Shown: positions 28,188-39,689, numbered from the stretch's first letter. The stretch: 64,000 bases of DNA from an uncultured Verrucomicrobiae bacterium (GCA_963812605.1 CAWEWF010000014.1:384001-448000); one strand, 5' to 3'. The notes: generated from the sequence alone by a model not told the origin. Made by a program: numbers and translations.

Positions 28188-30458
28188 ATGCGAACTTTCA
28201 CTCTCTCCGGAATTCTCGTCTCGTTTCTAACCGTGTCTGTCCCGGGATTTGCCCAAACACAAACTTCTCCCGCAAAGCCGGTCTCAAGTTCTTCGAAGCC
28301 AGCGACCACTACGCGCTGGAGCGGCATGACCGAGAAACGTTTGGACGAATTGCTTGGCCAGATGACTCTCAAGGAAAAAATCGGCCAATTGTCCCAGGGG
28401 CAGGTCTATCGCTCGGACTCGGAGGCATCCGTTCGCGAGGGCAGCATTGGTTCGGTGATCGCCGGGGCTCGCCCGATGAGCAATGATCTCCAGCACGTGG
28501 CGGTCGAACAATCCCGGTTGGGAATCCCGCTGTTGGTCGCCTACGACGTGATTCACGGGTATCGCACGATTTTTCCGATCCCGCTTGGACAAGCCGCGGC
28601 ATGGAACCCGAAACTGACCGAGGAGGCGGCCCGTATTGCCGCGCGCGAGGCGGCTTCCGAATGGATTCGTTGGACGTATGCGCCGATGGTCGATATCGCG
28701 CGCGACCCGCGTTGGGGACGGATCGCCGAGGGCGCTGGCGAAGACCCGTATCTTGACAGCACGCTCGGCGCGGCCATGGTGCGCGGCTTTCAGGGGAAGG
28801 ATCTCAGTGACCCGGAGCATATTGCCGCCTGCGCAAAGCATTATGCGGCGTATGGCGCCGCTGAAGGCGGTCGCGATTACAATACGGTGGATATGTCCGA
28901 GCGCACCTTGCGCGATGTTTATCTGCCTCCATTCGAAGCCTGCGTGAACGCGGGTGTGGCAACCATCATGAGCGCCTTTGAAGAACTCAATGGCGTACCG
29001 GTGGCGGGCAACGCATTCCTATTACGCCAGGTTTTGCGAGACGAATGGAAGTTCAAGGGCGTGGTCATTAGCGATGCCGATGCCGTTCATGAGTTGGTGA
29101 CGCATGGACTTTGCGCGGACGACAAGGACGCCGCACGGATGGCGTTCTTGGCGGGCGTGGATGTCGAGATGTTCACCTCCACCTATCGCTCGAATCTCGA
29201 AGCGCTGGTCACCGAGGGTAAGGTGCCAATGCAAGCCGTCGACGATTCGGTGCGCCGCGTCTTGCGGCTGAAATGGGAATTGGGTTTGTTCGATAAACCG
29301 TTTGCGCGACCGAACCCCGACGAGGTTTTGCTAAGCAAAGGGCATCTGGATGTCGCCCGCGAGTTTGCGCGAGAGAGCATGGTGTTGCTGAAAAATGAGA
29401 ACCGCACACTTCCGCTGTGGAAGGACGTACCGTCCATTGCCGTGATTGGCCCGCTCGCCGACAGCGGGCGGGATCAATTGGGTACCTGGCCTGGCCATGG
29501 CGACGGCAAAGAAGCGCGCACCGCCTTGCAAGCCATCCGTGACGCCGTCGGGAAGACCGCTCGCATCAACTACGCGGTCGGGGTTGAGAATTGCCTGAGC
29601 ACAAACTGCAGCGGAATCGACGAGGCTGTCCGCGCCGCGAAGGAGTCGGCGGTCGCCGTCATGTTTGTAGGGGAGAATGCCACCCAATCCGGTGAGGCGG
29701 CGAGTCGCGCCCATCTCAATCTTTCGAGCGCGCAATTGGATTTGATCAAGTCTGTGAAAGCCACCGGGACGCCATTAGTAATTGTACTGATGGCTGGGCG
29801 TCCGCTGGAGCTGGACGAGTTGCTCGACGCGGCGCCGGCGGTACTGATGGCTTGGGATCCGGGCACGATGGGCGGACCAGCCATCGCCGACGTGCTTTTT
29901 GGCGAATACTCACCGTCGGGAAAACTGCCGATTTCTTGGCCACGCACCACCGGCCAGGTGCCGATTTACTACAACCACAAGAGCACGGGCCGTCCGTGGT
30001 TGGATCCGCTGAGACTGCCCAGTGCGACCCGGCATGTGTACCTCTCCGGGTACAATGACCTGGTAGCTGCGCCCCTGTTTCCGTTCGGCTACGGCTTGAG
30101 TTACACGCAATTCGAGTACACCAACATTCGGGTCGATCCGCAACATATCAAGCTTGGCGAGTCGGTCCATGTCACGGCGCGTATCGCCAATACGGGTGGT
30201 CGGCCCGGCACTGAGGTGGCGCAACTCTATGTCCGCGATCTCGTGGCGAGCATTTCACGGCCCGTGCGGGAACTGAAGGGCTTTCAAAGAATCACCCTCG
30301 ATGAAGGCCAGAGCCAGGACGTGGAGTTTGTCCTATCCACCGATGCGCTCGCTTTCCATAACGGCGAGATGAAACGCGTGACCGAGCCGGGACGGTATCG
30401 CGTCTGGGTGAGCAGCGATTCCGCCAGCGGCCAACCCGTCGAGTTCGACGTTGAGTAA
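28188..30458 (+). CDS. bglX: Secreted GH3 beta-glucosidase
   Basis: Signal peptide; DVIHG, RDPRWGRIAEG, KHY, SD, FPFGYGLSYT, C-terminal Fn3-like domain. Confidence 0.88.
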   Translation: MRTFTLSGILVSFLTVSVPGFAQTQTSPAKPVSSSSKPATTTRWSGMTEKRLDELLGQMTLKEKIGQLSQGQVYRSDSEASVREGSIGSVIAGARPMSNDLQHVAVEQSRLGIPLLVAYDVIHGYRTIFPIPLGQAAAWNPKLTEEAARIAAREAASEWIRWTYAPMVDIARDPRWGRIAEGAGEDPYLDSTLGAAMVRGFQGKDLSDPEHIAACAKHYAAYGAAEGGRDYNTVDMSERTLRDVYLPPFEACVNAGVATIMSAFEELNGVPVAGNAFLLRQVLRDEWKFKGVVISDADAVHELVTHGLCADDKDAARMAFLAGVDVEMFTSTYRSNLEALVTEGKVPMQAVDDSVRRVLRLKWELGLFDKPFARPNPDEVLLSKGHLDVAREFARESMVLLKNENRTLPLWKDVPSIAVIGPLADSGRDQLGTWPGHGDGKEARTALQAIRDAVGKTARINYAVGVENCLSTNCSGIDEAVRAAKESAVAVMFVGENATQSGEAASRAHLNLSSAQLDLIKSVKATGTPLVIVLMAGRPLELDELLDAAPAVLMAWDPGTMGGPAIADVLFGEYSPSGKLPISWPRTTGQVPIYYNHKSTGRPWLDPLRLPSATRHVYLSGYNDLVAAPLFPFGYGLSYTQFEYTNIRVDPQHIKLGESVHVTARIANTGGRPGTEVAQLYVRDLVASISRPVRELKGFQRITLDEGQSQDVEFVLSTDALAFHNGEMKRVTEPGRYRVWVSSDSASGQPVEFDVE

Positions 30459-30538
30459 ACAGCCGCTTGCGAACAAATCGATCGTCCGATGTTCGGCTTG
30501 CGTGTTGCGCAGGCTTTCGTTACCGTTTCGCCGCATCC

Positions 30539-31570
30539 ATGACGGAACTCGAACAACAACTTCAGTCCGCCCGCGCCGAAGCAGAAGCCGCGCTCGCAGC
30601 GTGCTCCGAACTGCCCGCGCTCGACCAGATCAAGGCCAAATACCTTGGGCGTAGCGGCGTGGTGTCAGTCGCGCTGGAGCAACTGGGCAAGCTCCCGAGG
30701 GAAGAGAAGCCGCGCATCGGTAAACTCGCCAACGAGATCAAGAACACGTTGACCGCGGCAATCGCGGCGAAGCGCGAGGAATTGGAAGCGAAAGTTGTCG
30801 CGTCCGGTCCGGCGATCGACATGACGTTGCCGGGGCGGCGTCATCATCTCGGCCATCTGCATCCGCTGACGCAAGTCTTCGAGCAGGCGGTCGCGATATT
30901 TCGCCGCATGGGATTCGCGGTGGAGGATGGCCCGGAGATCGAAGACGAGTGGCATTGCTTCGACGCGTTGAACACGCCTGCGGACCATCCCGCGCGCGAC
31001 ATGCAGGACACGTTTTATATCGATCCGCAAGCGATGCCGCCGGACCCGAAGCTCGGCCGGTACTTGTTGCGCACGCACACTTCGCCGGTGCAAATTCGCA
31101 CGATGATGAAGCAAAAGCCGCCGATTCGCATCGTCGCGCCGGGGCGCGTGTTCCGCCGCGATGAACTCGACGCCACGCACAGCCCGACCTTCCACCAGAT
31201 CGAAGGCTTGTACGTCGACAAGAACGTTACCGTCGCCGACCTCAAGGGCACTGTGGAGTTCTTCTTCCAGCAACTGCTTGACCCCGAGACGAAGGTGCGG
31301 TTCCGTCCGCATTTCTTTCCTTATACCGAACCGAGCTTCGAGATCGACCTCAGCACGCCGCATTTCCGCGCCCGTGGCAAGGAATGGATTGAGATCGCCG
31401 GCTGCGGCATGGTTGACCCCAACGTCTTCAAAGCCGTCGGCTACCCCGACGACGAATACACCGGCTGGGCCTTCGGCTTCGGCATCGAACGCCTCGCCAT
31501 GATCATGTGGAGCATCAACGACATCCGTTTATTTACGGAAAATGATGTGAGATTCCTGGAGCAGTTTTGA
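30539..31570 (+). CDS. pheS: Phenylalanine--tRNA ligase alpha subunit
   Basis: HPARDMQDTFY, LRTHTSPVQ, FHQIEG, FPYTEPS, GFGIERLAM. Confidence 0.97.
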   Translation: MTELEQQLQSARAEAEAALAACSELPALDQIKAKYLGRSGVVSVALEQLGKLPREEKPRIGKLANEIKNTLTAAIAAKREELEAKVVASGPAIDMTLPGRRHHLGHLHPLTQVFEQAVAIFRRMGFAVEDGPEIEDEWHCFDALNTPADHPARDMQDTFYIDPQAMPPDPKLGRYLLRTHTSPVQIRTMMKQKPPIRIVAPGRVFRRDELDATHSPTFHQIEGLYVDKNVTVADLKGTVEFFFQQLLDPETKVRFRPHFFPYTEPSFEIDLSTPHFRARGKEWIEIAGCGMVDPNVFKAVGYPDDEYTGWAFGFGIERLAMIMWSINDIRLFTENDVRFLEQF

Positions 31571-31636
31571 ACTCCGGGTTGTCAACCTGAACTGGTCGAC
31601 GCATGACAAAATCTCACTGGTGCTTTTGCGTTCGCG

Positions 31637-32485
31637 CTACATTCGCCGCGCGGGGGTCACCAACCTCGAACCAGGATCACGCAGGGCGGGTGGGGCGACG
31701 CGGCATCGCACCATATCCAGCAGCGTCCGCGCGATAATATCCCAGCGTCGCATGTGTGAGCTGCCGATGGTGCGCATTGAAAACGGGACCGCCACTTCAC
31801 GGATGGTGAAGCCCATGCGCCTGGCTTGCACGAACAACTCCGCGTCCACAAACGGGCTGCGGGAGCGCAACTCCAACAATTCCCAGACAGACCGGGGCAG
31901 CGCCTTGAGGCCGAAATTGATGTCGCGCAGCTTCAGGCCGAAGAGTGTGCGCACGAGAAAATTGTACGTCTTCGAGACCACTTTGGAACGCCAATTGGCG
32001 TGTTTCTCGCAGTCCTCCGCATAACCCGTCAAAACATCCGCATACTGGGATTCATGGACCAGAAGGGGAAGGCAGCTCAAACCAATCTGTAGATCGAAGT
32101 CCGTGTAAATCAGGAAACCATTCTGCGCCGCTGACAGCCCGGCGCGCAACGCACCCCCAAATCGCTCGTTGCGCGGAAGTCTGACCAGGCGAATGCGCGG
32201 GTCGCGAGCGGTCCATTTCTGGACAAGTGCGGCGGAATCGTCCGTACTGGCGTCGTCCGCGACGACAATTTCAAAGTCGGTGAAGTTCTGCTCGAGAATT
32301 TGGAGGGCAGTCGTGAGCGTCTGATCCACGCACAGCGCTTCGTTGAACATCGGCAGAACCAGCGAGACCGACGTGCGCGATTTAACGCCAAGCGGTTGGA
32401 CATTCGCTGGCTCAAACTGTCGGGTTCCCGGCCGTTTCATTTCGACCGTCGAAATCACTTTGCTCGATGTGGTTCCGTTATGCAT
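31637..32485 (-). CDS. Glycosyltransferase family 2 (DPM1-like), start uncertain
   Basis: LPMFNEA, DDASTD, GGALRAG, YTDFDLQ, DINFG.K. Confidence 0.85.
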   Translation of the reverse strand: MHNGTTSSKVISTVEMKRPGTRQFEPANVQPLGVKSRTSVSLVLPMFNEALCVDQTLTTALQILEQNFTDFEIVVADDASTDDSAALVQKWTARDPRIRLVRLPRNERFGGALRAGLSAAQNGFLIYTDFDLQIGLSCLPLLVHESQYADVLTGYAEDCEKHANWRSKVVSKTYNFLVRTLFGLKLRDINFGLKALPRSVWELLELRSRSPFVDAELFVQARRMGFTIREVAVPFSMRTIGSSHMRRWDIIARTLLDMVRCRVAPPALRDPGSRLVTPARRM

Positions 32486-32689
32486 GTGCGGGTTCAGGCT
32501 GGGCGCTTCCGCTCCTTGAGCGGATTAATACGCACGCTGGCACAAACAGACGAACAAAAACCCCCTCCTTAGTTGGCGAAAGTAAACAACTCTTGATTAC
32601 GGGCGCATTACAGCATAATTACCGCTACGAAGCAACACCTCACATCGCCTGTCAACCGGAATTCGAAATAGTGACCGCTCCCTAAAAGC

Positions 32690-32718
32690 TAGACGCCCGA
32701 AGTGCGAATCGTTACATT
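32690..32718 (+). promoter_or_regulatory. sigma70-type promoter of pheT
   Basis: TAGACG-N17-TACATT, 11 bp before the ATG. Confidence 0.55.
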
Positions 32719-32729
32719 GGCGGGCTGAG

Positions 32730-35012
32730 ATGAAATTCACCTACAACTGGCTGAAGCAGTACGTCGAGTTTGCCTGGTCGCCGACCGAGTTGGCGGAAAG
32801 GCTGACATTTGCGGGGATTGAAGTCGAGGAAGTTGTGACCATTGGCGGAGGGGCGTTGCAGGAGGTCGTTGTCTGCCAGATTCTCTCCAGCGAGAAGCAT
32901 GCGAACGCCGACAAACTCTCCGTGTGTCGCGTCAGCGACGGCCAGGGGGAACGCCAGATTGTTTGCGGCGCGAAGAACTACAAGGTGGGTGACAAAGTGC
33001 CGCTTGCCCTGCCCGGAGTGACCTTGCCCAACGGCATGACGATCAAAGAAGCGAAACTGCGCGGCATTGAGTCACAAGGCATGCTGTGCTCGGCGGAGGA
33101 GTTGGGCTTGCCGAAGGGTGAAGACGGTTTGTTAATCCTGCCGGCCGAGACGGCCGTGGGGATAAAGCTCAGCGATGCGCTGGGCGGCGCCGATACGGTG
33201 TTTGACATCGAGGTTACGCCAAACCGCCCCGACTGGCTGAGCGTCATCGGGATCGCGCGCGAGATTTCCGCGCTCACCGGCAACCCGCTCAAGCTGCCAG
33301 AGGTCGTCGTTCCCGAAGCTGGTGGACCAGTCGAAAAGCTCACCTCGGTGACGGTCGAAGCGCCCGATTTATGTCCGCGTTACACGGCACGGGTGATCCA
33401 GGGCGTGAAAATCGGGCGGAGCCCGCCGTGGCTGAAACAAATCCTGGAGAAAGTCGGTCTGCGTTCGGTGAACAACGTCGTCGACGTGACGAACTACGTC
33501 CTGCTCGAATGCGGTCACCCGCTGCATGCATTTGATCACAAATTGCTGGGAGAGCAGCGCATCGTCGTGCGTCGTGCGTCCAAGGGCGAGCGGTTCGTGG
33601 CCATCGATGGGACCCAGCACGAGCTGGCTCCCGACATGCTGGTGATTGCCGACGCCAAACGGGCCGTGGCGCTGGCCGGGATCATGGGCGGCAAAGAGAG
33701 CGAAATCAATGACCAGACGACCGATGTGTTATTGGAGAGCGCGTGGTTCCTGCCGTCGAGCATCCGCAAAACGTCCCGGCAATGCGGTTTGTCCAGCGAT
33801 TCGAGCTATCGCTTTGAACGCGGCGCCGACATCGGGCAGGTGATCTGGGCAAGTAATCGTGCCGCGCAGTTGATCCAGCAACTGGCCGGCGGACAAATCG
33901 CGCGCGGAATCATCGACACTTTGGCGAAGCCGATCGAAAAACGGCGTGTGCGCTGTCGCTACGCGCAGGTGAATCGCCTGCTGGGAATTGAAGTGCCATC
34001 GGAGACGGTGAAAAAGATTTTCGCAGGGTTGTCATTGAATGTTGTCGCCTCAGACGCAAATGGCTGCGAAGTCGAAGTGCCCACGTTCCGAGTGGACCTG
34101 GAACGTGAAGCAGATTTGATCGAGGAAGTGTGCCGCATTCACGGCGTGGAAAAGATCCCCGCCAAAATGCAACCGGCCACCGCCGCCGTGTCAAGATTCG
34201 ATGCGCAATGGAATGCGCGTGCGCGGGTGCGGCAGATTCTGGCCGCGCTGGGGTTTCACGAGGCGCAGAACCAGACGCTGGGCGAGCAGGGCCATCTGAA
34301 ACTGCAGAATCCCTTGAATGCCGATCAACAGGCGCTACGCTCGTCGCTCGTGCCGGGGTTGCTGGCGAACTTGCGAACGAACGTGTCGCGGCACGAGTAC
34401 GACGTGAGGCTTTTCGAAATCGGACGGGTGTTCGCCGCGGATGGCAAGGAATCCTTGCGGCTGGCCCTGGCGGTGACGGGACGGCGCGAACCTCAGTCCT
34501 GGGAGACGGGCGTGCGGGACGCGAAACTGGATTATTACGATGTGAAGGGAGCGTTGGAGGAACTGGAGGGGACGCTCGGCGTTTCGGTCAACGCCGAGAT
34601 CAAGCAAATCTCACCTGCCCAGGCAAAAAAACTCGATCTTCGCGACGCGGTACACGTGGCGGAAATCGAGTTGGATCATCTCCTGGCAACGAAAGAAGGC
34701 GAGCGAACCTTTCACGACCTCCCGAAGTTCCCGGCAGTAGTGCGGGACATGGCGTTGGTCGTCGAGGAGGGCGTCCAACATGGTGACGTTGCCGCGGCGA
34801 TTGCGAAAAATCCAAATAAATTCTTGGAACGGGTCGAACTTTTTGATATTTATCGGGGGAGTTCAATACCAACGGGCAAGAAATCAATGGCGTACTCGTT
34901 GACGTTTCGTGCGCCGGATAGAACGCTGACCGACGCCGAGATCAACGGGGCGCACGAGCAGTTGAAGCGTTCATTATTGCAGACATTGAAGTGTGAGATT
35001 CGCGAGAGTTGA
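32730..35012 (+). CDS. pheT: Phenylalanine--tRNA ligase beta subunit
   Basis: HANADKL, IVCGA.N, SQGMLCS, TPNRPD.LS, RFERG, DLIEEV.R, C-terminal anticodon-binding domain. Confidence 0.97.
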   Translation: MKFTYNWLKQYVEFAWSPTELAERLTFAGIEVEEVVTIGGGALQEVVVCQILSSEKHANADKLSVCRVSDGQGERQIVCGAKNYKVGDKVPLALPGVTLPNGMTIKEAKLRGIESQGMLCSAEELGLPKGEDGLLILPAETAVGIKLSDALGGADTVFDIEVTPNRPDWLSVIGIAREISALTGNPLKLPEVVVPEAGGPVEKLTSVTVEAPDLCPRYTARVIQGVKIGRSPPWLKQILEKVGLRSVNNVVDVTNYVLLECGHPLHAFDHKLLGEQRIVVRRASKGERFVAIDGTQHELAPDMLVIADAKRAVALAGIMGGKESEINDQTTDVLLESAWFLPSSIRKTSRQCGLSSDSSYRFERGADIGQVIWASNRAAQLIQQLAGGQIARGIIDTLAKPIEKRRVRCRYAQVNRLLGIEVPSETVKKIFAGLSLNVVASDANGCEVEVPTFRVDLEREADLIEEVCRIHGVEKIPAKMQPATAAVSRFDAQWNARARVRQILAALGFHEAQNQTLGEQGHLKLQNPLNADQQALRSSLVPGLLANLRTNVSRHEYDVRLFEIGRVFAADGKESLRLALAVTGRREPQSWETGVRDAKLDYYDVKGALEELEGTLGVSVNAEIKQISPAQAKKLDLRDAVHVAEIELDHLLATKEGERTFHDLPKFPAVVRDMALVVEEGVQHGDVAAAIAKNPNKFLERVELFDIYRGSSIPTGKKSMAYSLTFRAPDRTLTDAEINGAHEQLKRSLLQTLKCEIRES

Positions 35013-35147
35013 TGTACATGTGCGGGGTTACCAGGCGACGATACATGATTGTGACTGGAAATTACTTGAAATCAATGCAGAACCAGATTACTAAAGGTTC
35101 GTGTGGGCGACAGTGGTCGCCGGTGTTCTTTGCCAAAGCAAGTTTTT

Positions 35148-35330
35148 CGAAATACCCTGCCATGTTCGTGATAAACGAGGATTCTTTGAGCCAATACCGT
35201 CATTGACGGAGCTCGGAGTTCGGTTGTGGACTGCATGCCTTCATTGGAAGCACGAAGCAGCCGACAGAGCCCCCTATTAGTTAGGGGTTCAAAAGATATC
35301 GTTTAAACGGCATTACGGCGGGGTATTTCG
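35148..35330 (+). ncRNA. ssrS: 6S RNA
   Basis: 183-nt rod closed by CGAAATACCCTGCC/GGCGGGGTATTTCG; internal CTTTGAGCC/GGTTCAAAAG flanking a central bubble; pheT..5-FCL..rny context typical of 6S. Confidence 0.82.
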
Positions 35331-35420
35331 TTTTTGGCCCCTCCCGCGCGAGGCGTTCGGCTCCTGTCGGTCAACGTCACAGATTCCACACGGTTGCGAC
35401 GCCGGGTCAGATGGGTGACC

Positions 35421-36767
35421 ATGACCGAGAACCTATTCTCCAGCCAATCCGCGGAACCCGCCCCCACGGCAGGGGCGGCAGACCGCGCCAACGCGCCGCT
35501 GGCCACGCGGATGCGACCGCGGACCCTGGAAGACTTTGCTGGCCAGCGGCACATTCTCGGCGAAGGCAAACTGCTCTGGCGCGCCATCACCGCCGACCGC
35601 ATCAGTTCGATCATTCTTTACGGGCCGCCGGGCACGGGCAAGACCTCCCTCGCGCAAGTCATCGCCAACGCGACCAAGAGCAAGTTCGAGCGGCTCAGCG
35701 GCGTTGAGTCGAACGTGGCTGATATCCGCCGGGTCATCGCAACCGCCGCGAACCGGCTCGCCAACACCGGTCAACGGACGATCCTCTTTATCGACGAGAT
35801 TCACCGCTTTAACAAAGCGCAACAGGACATATTGCTGCCCGATGTCGAGAACGGCACGGTGCGGCTCATCGGCGCGACGACGCACAATCCGTTTTTTTAT
35901 GTGAACTCGCCGCTCGTTTCCCGCTCGCAGATTTTTCAGCTCAAACCCCTCACGCCCGCGGACATCAAGGAATTATTGAAACGCGCGCTTACCGACAAGG
36001 AACGCGGCTTGGGCGAGAGGAAGTTGAAGGTGGACGCCGAAGCCCTCGATTTCCTGGCGACGGCGAGTGATGGCGATGCGCGCAAAGCACTGAACTCGCT
36101 GGAAATCGGCGCGCTCACGACCCCATCGGGGCATATCACGAAGGCGATCGCCGAGGAATCGATCCAGAAGAAGGCCGTGGTGTACGACGGGGATGAGGAC
36201 GAGCATTACGACACCATCTCGGCGTTCATCAAGTCGATGCGGGGCAGCGATCCCGATGCGGCCTTGTACTGGCTCGCAAAGATGGTCGTCGCGGGTGAAG
36301 ACCCGCGATTTATCGCGCGGCGCATCACGATCCTGGCGGCGGAGGACATCGGTTTGGCCGACCCGCAGGCGTTGGTCCTGGCCGTCGCGGCGCATCACGC
36401 GGTGGAATTCATCGGCTGGCCGGAAGGCGAGTTGCCGCTGGCGGAAGCGACGGTATATTGCGCGACCGCGCCGAAGTCGAACGCCAGCGCCAAAGGGATC
36501 TGGAGCGCGAAGGCCGACGTGGAAGAGGGACGCACGCTTCCTGTGCCCGAGCACCTCAAGGACACGCACTACAAGGGCGCCGAGCGGCTCGGTCACGGCA
36601 AGGGATACAAGTACGCGCATGATTTCGAGGGGCATGTTGTCGAACAAGAACACCTGCCCGAGCATCGCAAGTATTACGAGCCGAGTGACCAGGGATTTGA
36701 GGTCAAGGTGCGCGAGCGGATGGAGAAATGGAAGCAGCTTCTCAAGCAGCACGGAGGCCGCGAATGA
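35421..36767 (+). CDS. rarA: Replication-associated recombination protein A (RarA/MgsA)
   Basis: PLA.RMRP, GPPGTGKT, FIDEIHRFNKAQQD, SAFIKSMRGSDPDAA, EDIGLADP. Confidence 0.95.
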   Translation: MTENLFSSQSAEPAPTAGAADRANAPLATRMRPRTLEDFAGQRHILGEGKLLWRAITADRISSIILYGPPGTGKTSLAQVIANATKSKFERLSGVESNVADIRRVIATAANRLANTGQRTILFIDEIHRFNKAQQDILLPDVENGTVRLIGATTHNPFFYVNSPLVSRSQIFQLKPLTPADIKELLKRALTDKERGLGERKLKVDAEALDFLATASDGDARKALNSLEIGALTTPSGHITKAIAEESIQKKAVVYDGDEDEHYDTISAFIKSMRGSDPDAALYWLAKMVVAGEDPRFIARRITILAAEDIGLADPQALVLAVAAHHAVEFIGWPEGELPLAEATVYCATAPKSNASAKGIWSAKADVEEGRTLPVPEHLKDTHYKGAERLGHGKGYKYAHDFEGHVVEQEHLPEHRKYYEPSDQGFEVKVRERMEKWKQLLKQHGGRE

Positions 36768-37355
36768 CGCTGGCGGCGACGAAGGAAGAACTGCGCCGGC
36801 AAATGCGGGCTCGCCTGGCCGTGCTGGGCGCCAGCGAGGTGCGGGTCAAGCAGCGCCGCCATTTGGGAGCGATTGTCCGTACTGGATGAGTTCGCCAGGG
36901 CAACGCGGTCGTTGATCTACATCTCGAAAGCAACGGAAGTGGACACACGCGGGCTGATCCAGCAGCTACTGGCGATGGGCCGGCAAGTATGTGTTCCGTG
37001 GTATGACGGAGCGAAGGAACGGTACGTCGCCTCCGAACTGCGCGACTTTGCGCTGGACCTGATGACCGGACAATTTGGAATTCTGGAACCCAGACCCGAG
37101 GCGGTAAGACCCCTTGGCGGCGATCAAATCGACGCCGCGTTGGTGCCGGGGTTGGCGTTCGACGAAGCAGGAAATCGATTGGGTCGCGGGAGAGGGTATT
37201 TCGACCGCCTTCTGCGAGACGTGCGTGGGGTGAAGATTGCCCTGGTGTACGATTTTCAGGTATTGAGCGAGGTCCCGACCGAGGCGCATGACGCCCGCGT
37301 GGACTTGATTGTGACGGAAAAAAGAGTGATTAAAATCAGGGGTAACCCAAAATGA
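36764..37355 (+). CDS. ygfA: 5-formyltetrahydrofolate cyclo-ligase (frameshift near 36851)
   Basis: K.ELRRQMR N-terminus; second frame has EVDT, FGILEP, VPGLAFD..GNRLGRGRGYFDR, HD..VD.IVTE. Confidence 0.88.
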
Positions 37356-38896
37356 TTGCAACCATCATCGGTTTCGTCGTTGCCTTGGTTGCGGGCCTTG
37401 CGATTGGCTGGTTCCTGAGCCGGGCGAAGACGCAAGCGGACACCAAGGCGGCCGGCGGGATTCTCGAAGCGGCACGGAAGGAAGTGGAAGACATGCTTCG
37501 TGACGCGCGGGCCAAAGCCCAGGATGAAGCCTTCAAGACACGCGAGCAGTTCGACCGCGAAACCAAGGATCGACGACAGGAACTGGGCGAGATGGAGAAA
37601 CGCGTCATGCAGCGCGAGTCGAACCTGGATCGCAAGGTCGATCTCCTTGACCGGAAAACCGAGGAAGTCACCAAAAAGGAAGCGCTCGTTGTCGATCGCG
37701 AAAAGGAACTTCACAAGATCCAGGGGGAAATTGATGAATTGAAGCGGCTGACCCAACAGGAACTGCAGCGCGTGGCGGGCCTGAGCGCCGTGGAGGCCAA
37801 GCGAGTGCTACTCGCGCAATTGCAGGAAGACGTTCACGCGGAAGCCGCCGCGATGACCCGGCGCATCCTGGAAGAGGCCAAGCTGCAGGCCGAACGCGAG
37901 GCCAAGCAGACCATTACCATCGCGATTGAGCGTTGCGCGTCCAATCACGTACAGACGGTCACGAGTTGCACCGTCACGCTCCCGAGCGAAGAGATGAAGG
38001 GGCGCATCATTGGACGCGAAGGCCGCAACATCCGCGCGTTCGAGTCGGCCACGGGAATCAACGTGCTCATCGATGATACGCCGCAAGCCGTCGTACTCAG
38101 CGGTTTTGACCCGGTGCGCCGCGAACTGGCCCGGCAGACCCTGGAGCGGCTGGTCCTGGATGGACGCATCAATCCCGCGCGAATCGAGGAGGAAGTGGCA
38201 AAGGTCAGCGAGGAATTGGAAACACTGATTCACAAGGCGGGCGAGGATGCGGTGCTGCGCGTCGGGCTGCAGAAAGTACATCCCGAGGTGATGAAGCTTC
38301 TCGGACGGCTCAAGTTCCGCCACAGCTTCGCGCAAAACGTGCTCGATCACTCGGTCGAAGTTGCCGGGATCGAAGGCATGCTGGCCGCAGAGCTGGGTTT
38401 GAACCAGCAGATCGCCAAACGGGTCGGCCTGTTCCATGATATCGGCAAGGCAGTCGATCACGAAGTCGAGGGCTCCCATGCCGCGATTGGCGCGGAATTC
38501 CTCAAGAAGTACGGGGAACCGGAAGAAGTGTGGCAAGGCGTGGCTTGCCATCACCATGAAGTGGAGCCGCTCACGACGTACGGTGTTCTCGCGAGCGCCG
38601 CCGACGCGATCAGCGCGTCGCGTCCCGGCGCGCGGAGCGAAAGCATGGAACTGTACCTGCAACGGCTGGAGAAACTGGAGGCCGTGGCGAACGCCTTTCC
38701 CGGTGTGGACAAAAGTTACGCACTACAGGCCGGGCGCGAGATCCGTGTGTTTGTACAGCCCAACAGCGTCACGGACGATGAAGCCATGCAGTTAGCACGC
38801 AACATCAGCAAGAAAATCGAGCAGGAATTGCAGTACCCGGGTCAAATCAAGGTCATTGTCGTGCGCGAAATGCGCGCGGTGGAGTACGCCAAGTGA
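37352..38896 (+). CDS. rny: Ribonuclease Y
   Basis: N-terminal TM, coiled coil, KH (MKGRIIGREGRNIR), HD (HDIGK), SRPGAR. Confidence 0.97.
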   Translation: MIATIIGFVVALVAGLAIGWFLSRAKTQADTKAAGGILEAARKEVEDMLRDARAKAQDEAFKTREQFDRETKDRRQELGEMEKRVMQRESNLDRKVDLLDRKTEEVTKKEALVVDREKELHKIQGEIDELKRLTQQELQRVAGLSAVEAKRVLLAQLQEDVHAEAAAMTRRILEEAKLQAEREAKQTITIAIERCASNHVQTVTSCTVTLPSEEMKGRIIGREGRNIRAFESATGINVLIDDTPQAVVLSGFDPVRRELARQTLERLVLDGRINPARIEEEVAKVSEELETLIHKAGEDAVLRVGLQKVHPEVMKLLGRLKFRHSFAQNVLDHSVEVAGIEGMLAAELGLNQQIAKRVGLFHDIGKAVDHEVEGSHAAIGAEFLKKYGEPEEVWQGVACHHHEVEPLTTYGVLASAADAISASRPGARSESMELYLQRLEKLEAVANAFPGVDKSYALQAGREIRVFVQPNSVTDDEAMQLARNISKKIEQELQYPGQIKVIVVREMRAVEYAK

Positions 38897-39685
38897 GGAT
38901 TCTTTTCATTGGCGATGTCGTCGGCAAACCCGGCCGACGAGCGGTCGCAACGCTCGTGCCGCGGCTGCAGGAGGAGCGGAACATCGATTTCATAATCGCC
39001 AACGGCGAAAACAGCGCGCATGGCGCGGGTCTCACGGCGTCGACCGTGGATGCGCTGCTGGCCAGCGGCGTGGAAGTGATCACGTCGGGCGACCACGTGT
39101 GGGACCAGAAGGAAGTCTACGAGGTCATTGACCGCGAGCCGCGCCTGCTGCGCCCGCTCAATTTTCCCGCATCGGTTCCCGGGCGGGGGTCGACCGTGGT
39201 GCAACGAGAGGGTCTGCCATCGGTCGGCGTGATCAATCTTATCGGTCGCGTGTTTATGCCGAATACCGATTGCCCATTTCGCGCGGCTGAGATGGAAGTC
39301 GCGCGTCTGCGGCAACAGACGAAGATCATTCTCGTGGACTTGCACGCGGAGGCCACGAGTGAGAAGATTGCGATGGGCAGGTTTTTGGATGGCAAGGTGA
39401 GCGCCGTGGTGGGGACCCATACGCATGTTGCCACCGCCGACGAGCGGATTCTGCCGAAAGGCACGGCCTATATTTCGGACGTCGGCATGTGCGGTCCCCA
39501 TGACTCGGTACTGGGGCGGGACGTTCGATGCGGTGCTGCGCCGATTCCTGACCCAGTTGCCGCAGAAGATGGAGGTTGCGGAAGGCGACGTCATCCTGTG
39601 CGGCGTGATCGTCGAGGTGGACGAGAACTCCGGCCACGCTCGGTCGATTGAGCGAATTCGGGTGCCGTGCGACAAGGAAAAATGA
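38893..39685 (+). CDS. ymdB: YmdB-like metallophosphoesterase (frameshift near 39525)
   Basis: IGDVVG.PGR, NGENSAHG.G, D.HAEATSEK, GTHTHV.TAD, DVGMCGP; C-terminus continues as DAVLRRFLTQLP. Confidence 0.9.
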
Positions 39686-39689
39686 AGAC

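Noticed and set aside
30459-30538. T-box or pheM-type attenuator before pheS
   Set aside because: The gap is only 80 bp, with no T-box motif or Phe-rich leader peptide
35009-35206. Small ORF as zapA
   Set aside because: No ZapA-like sequence, and it overlaps the 6S RNA
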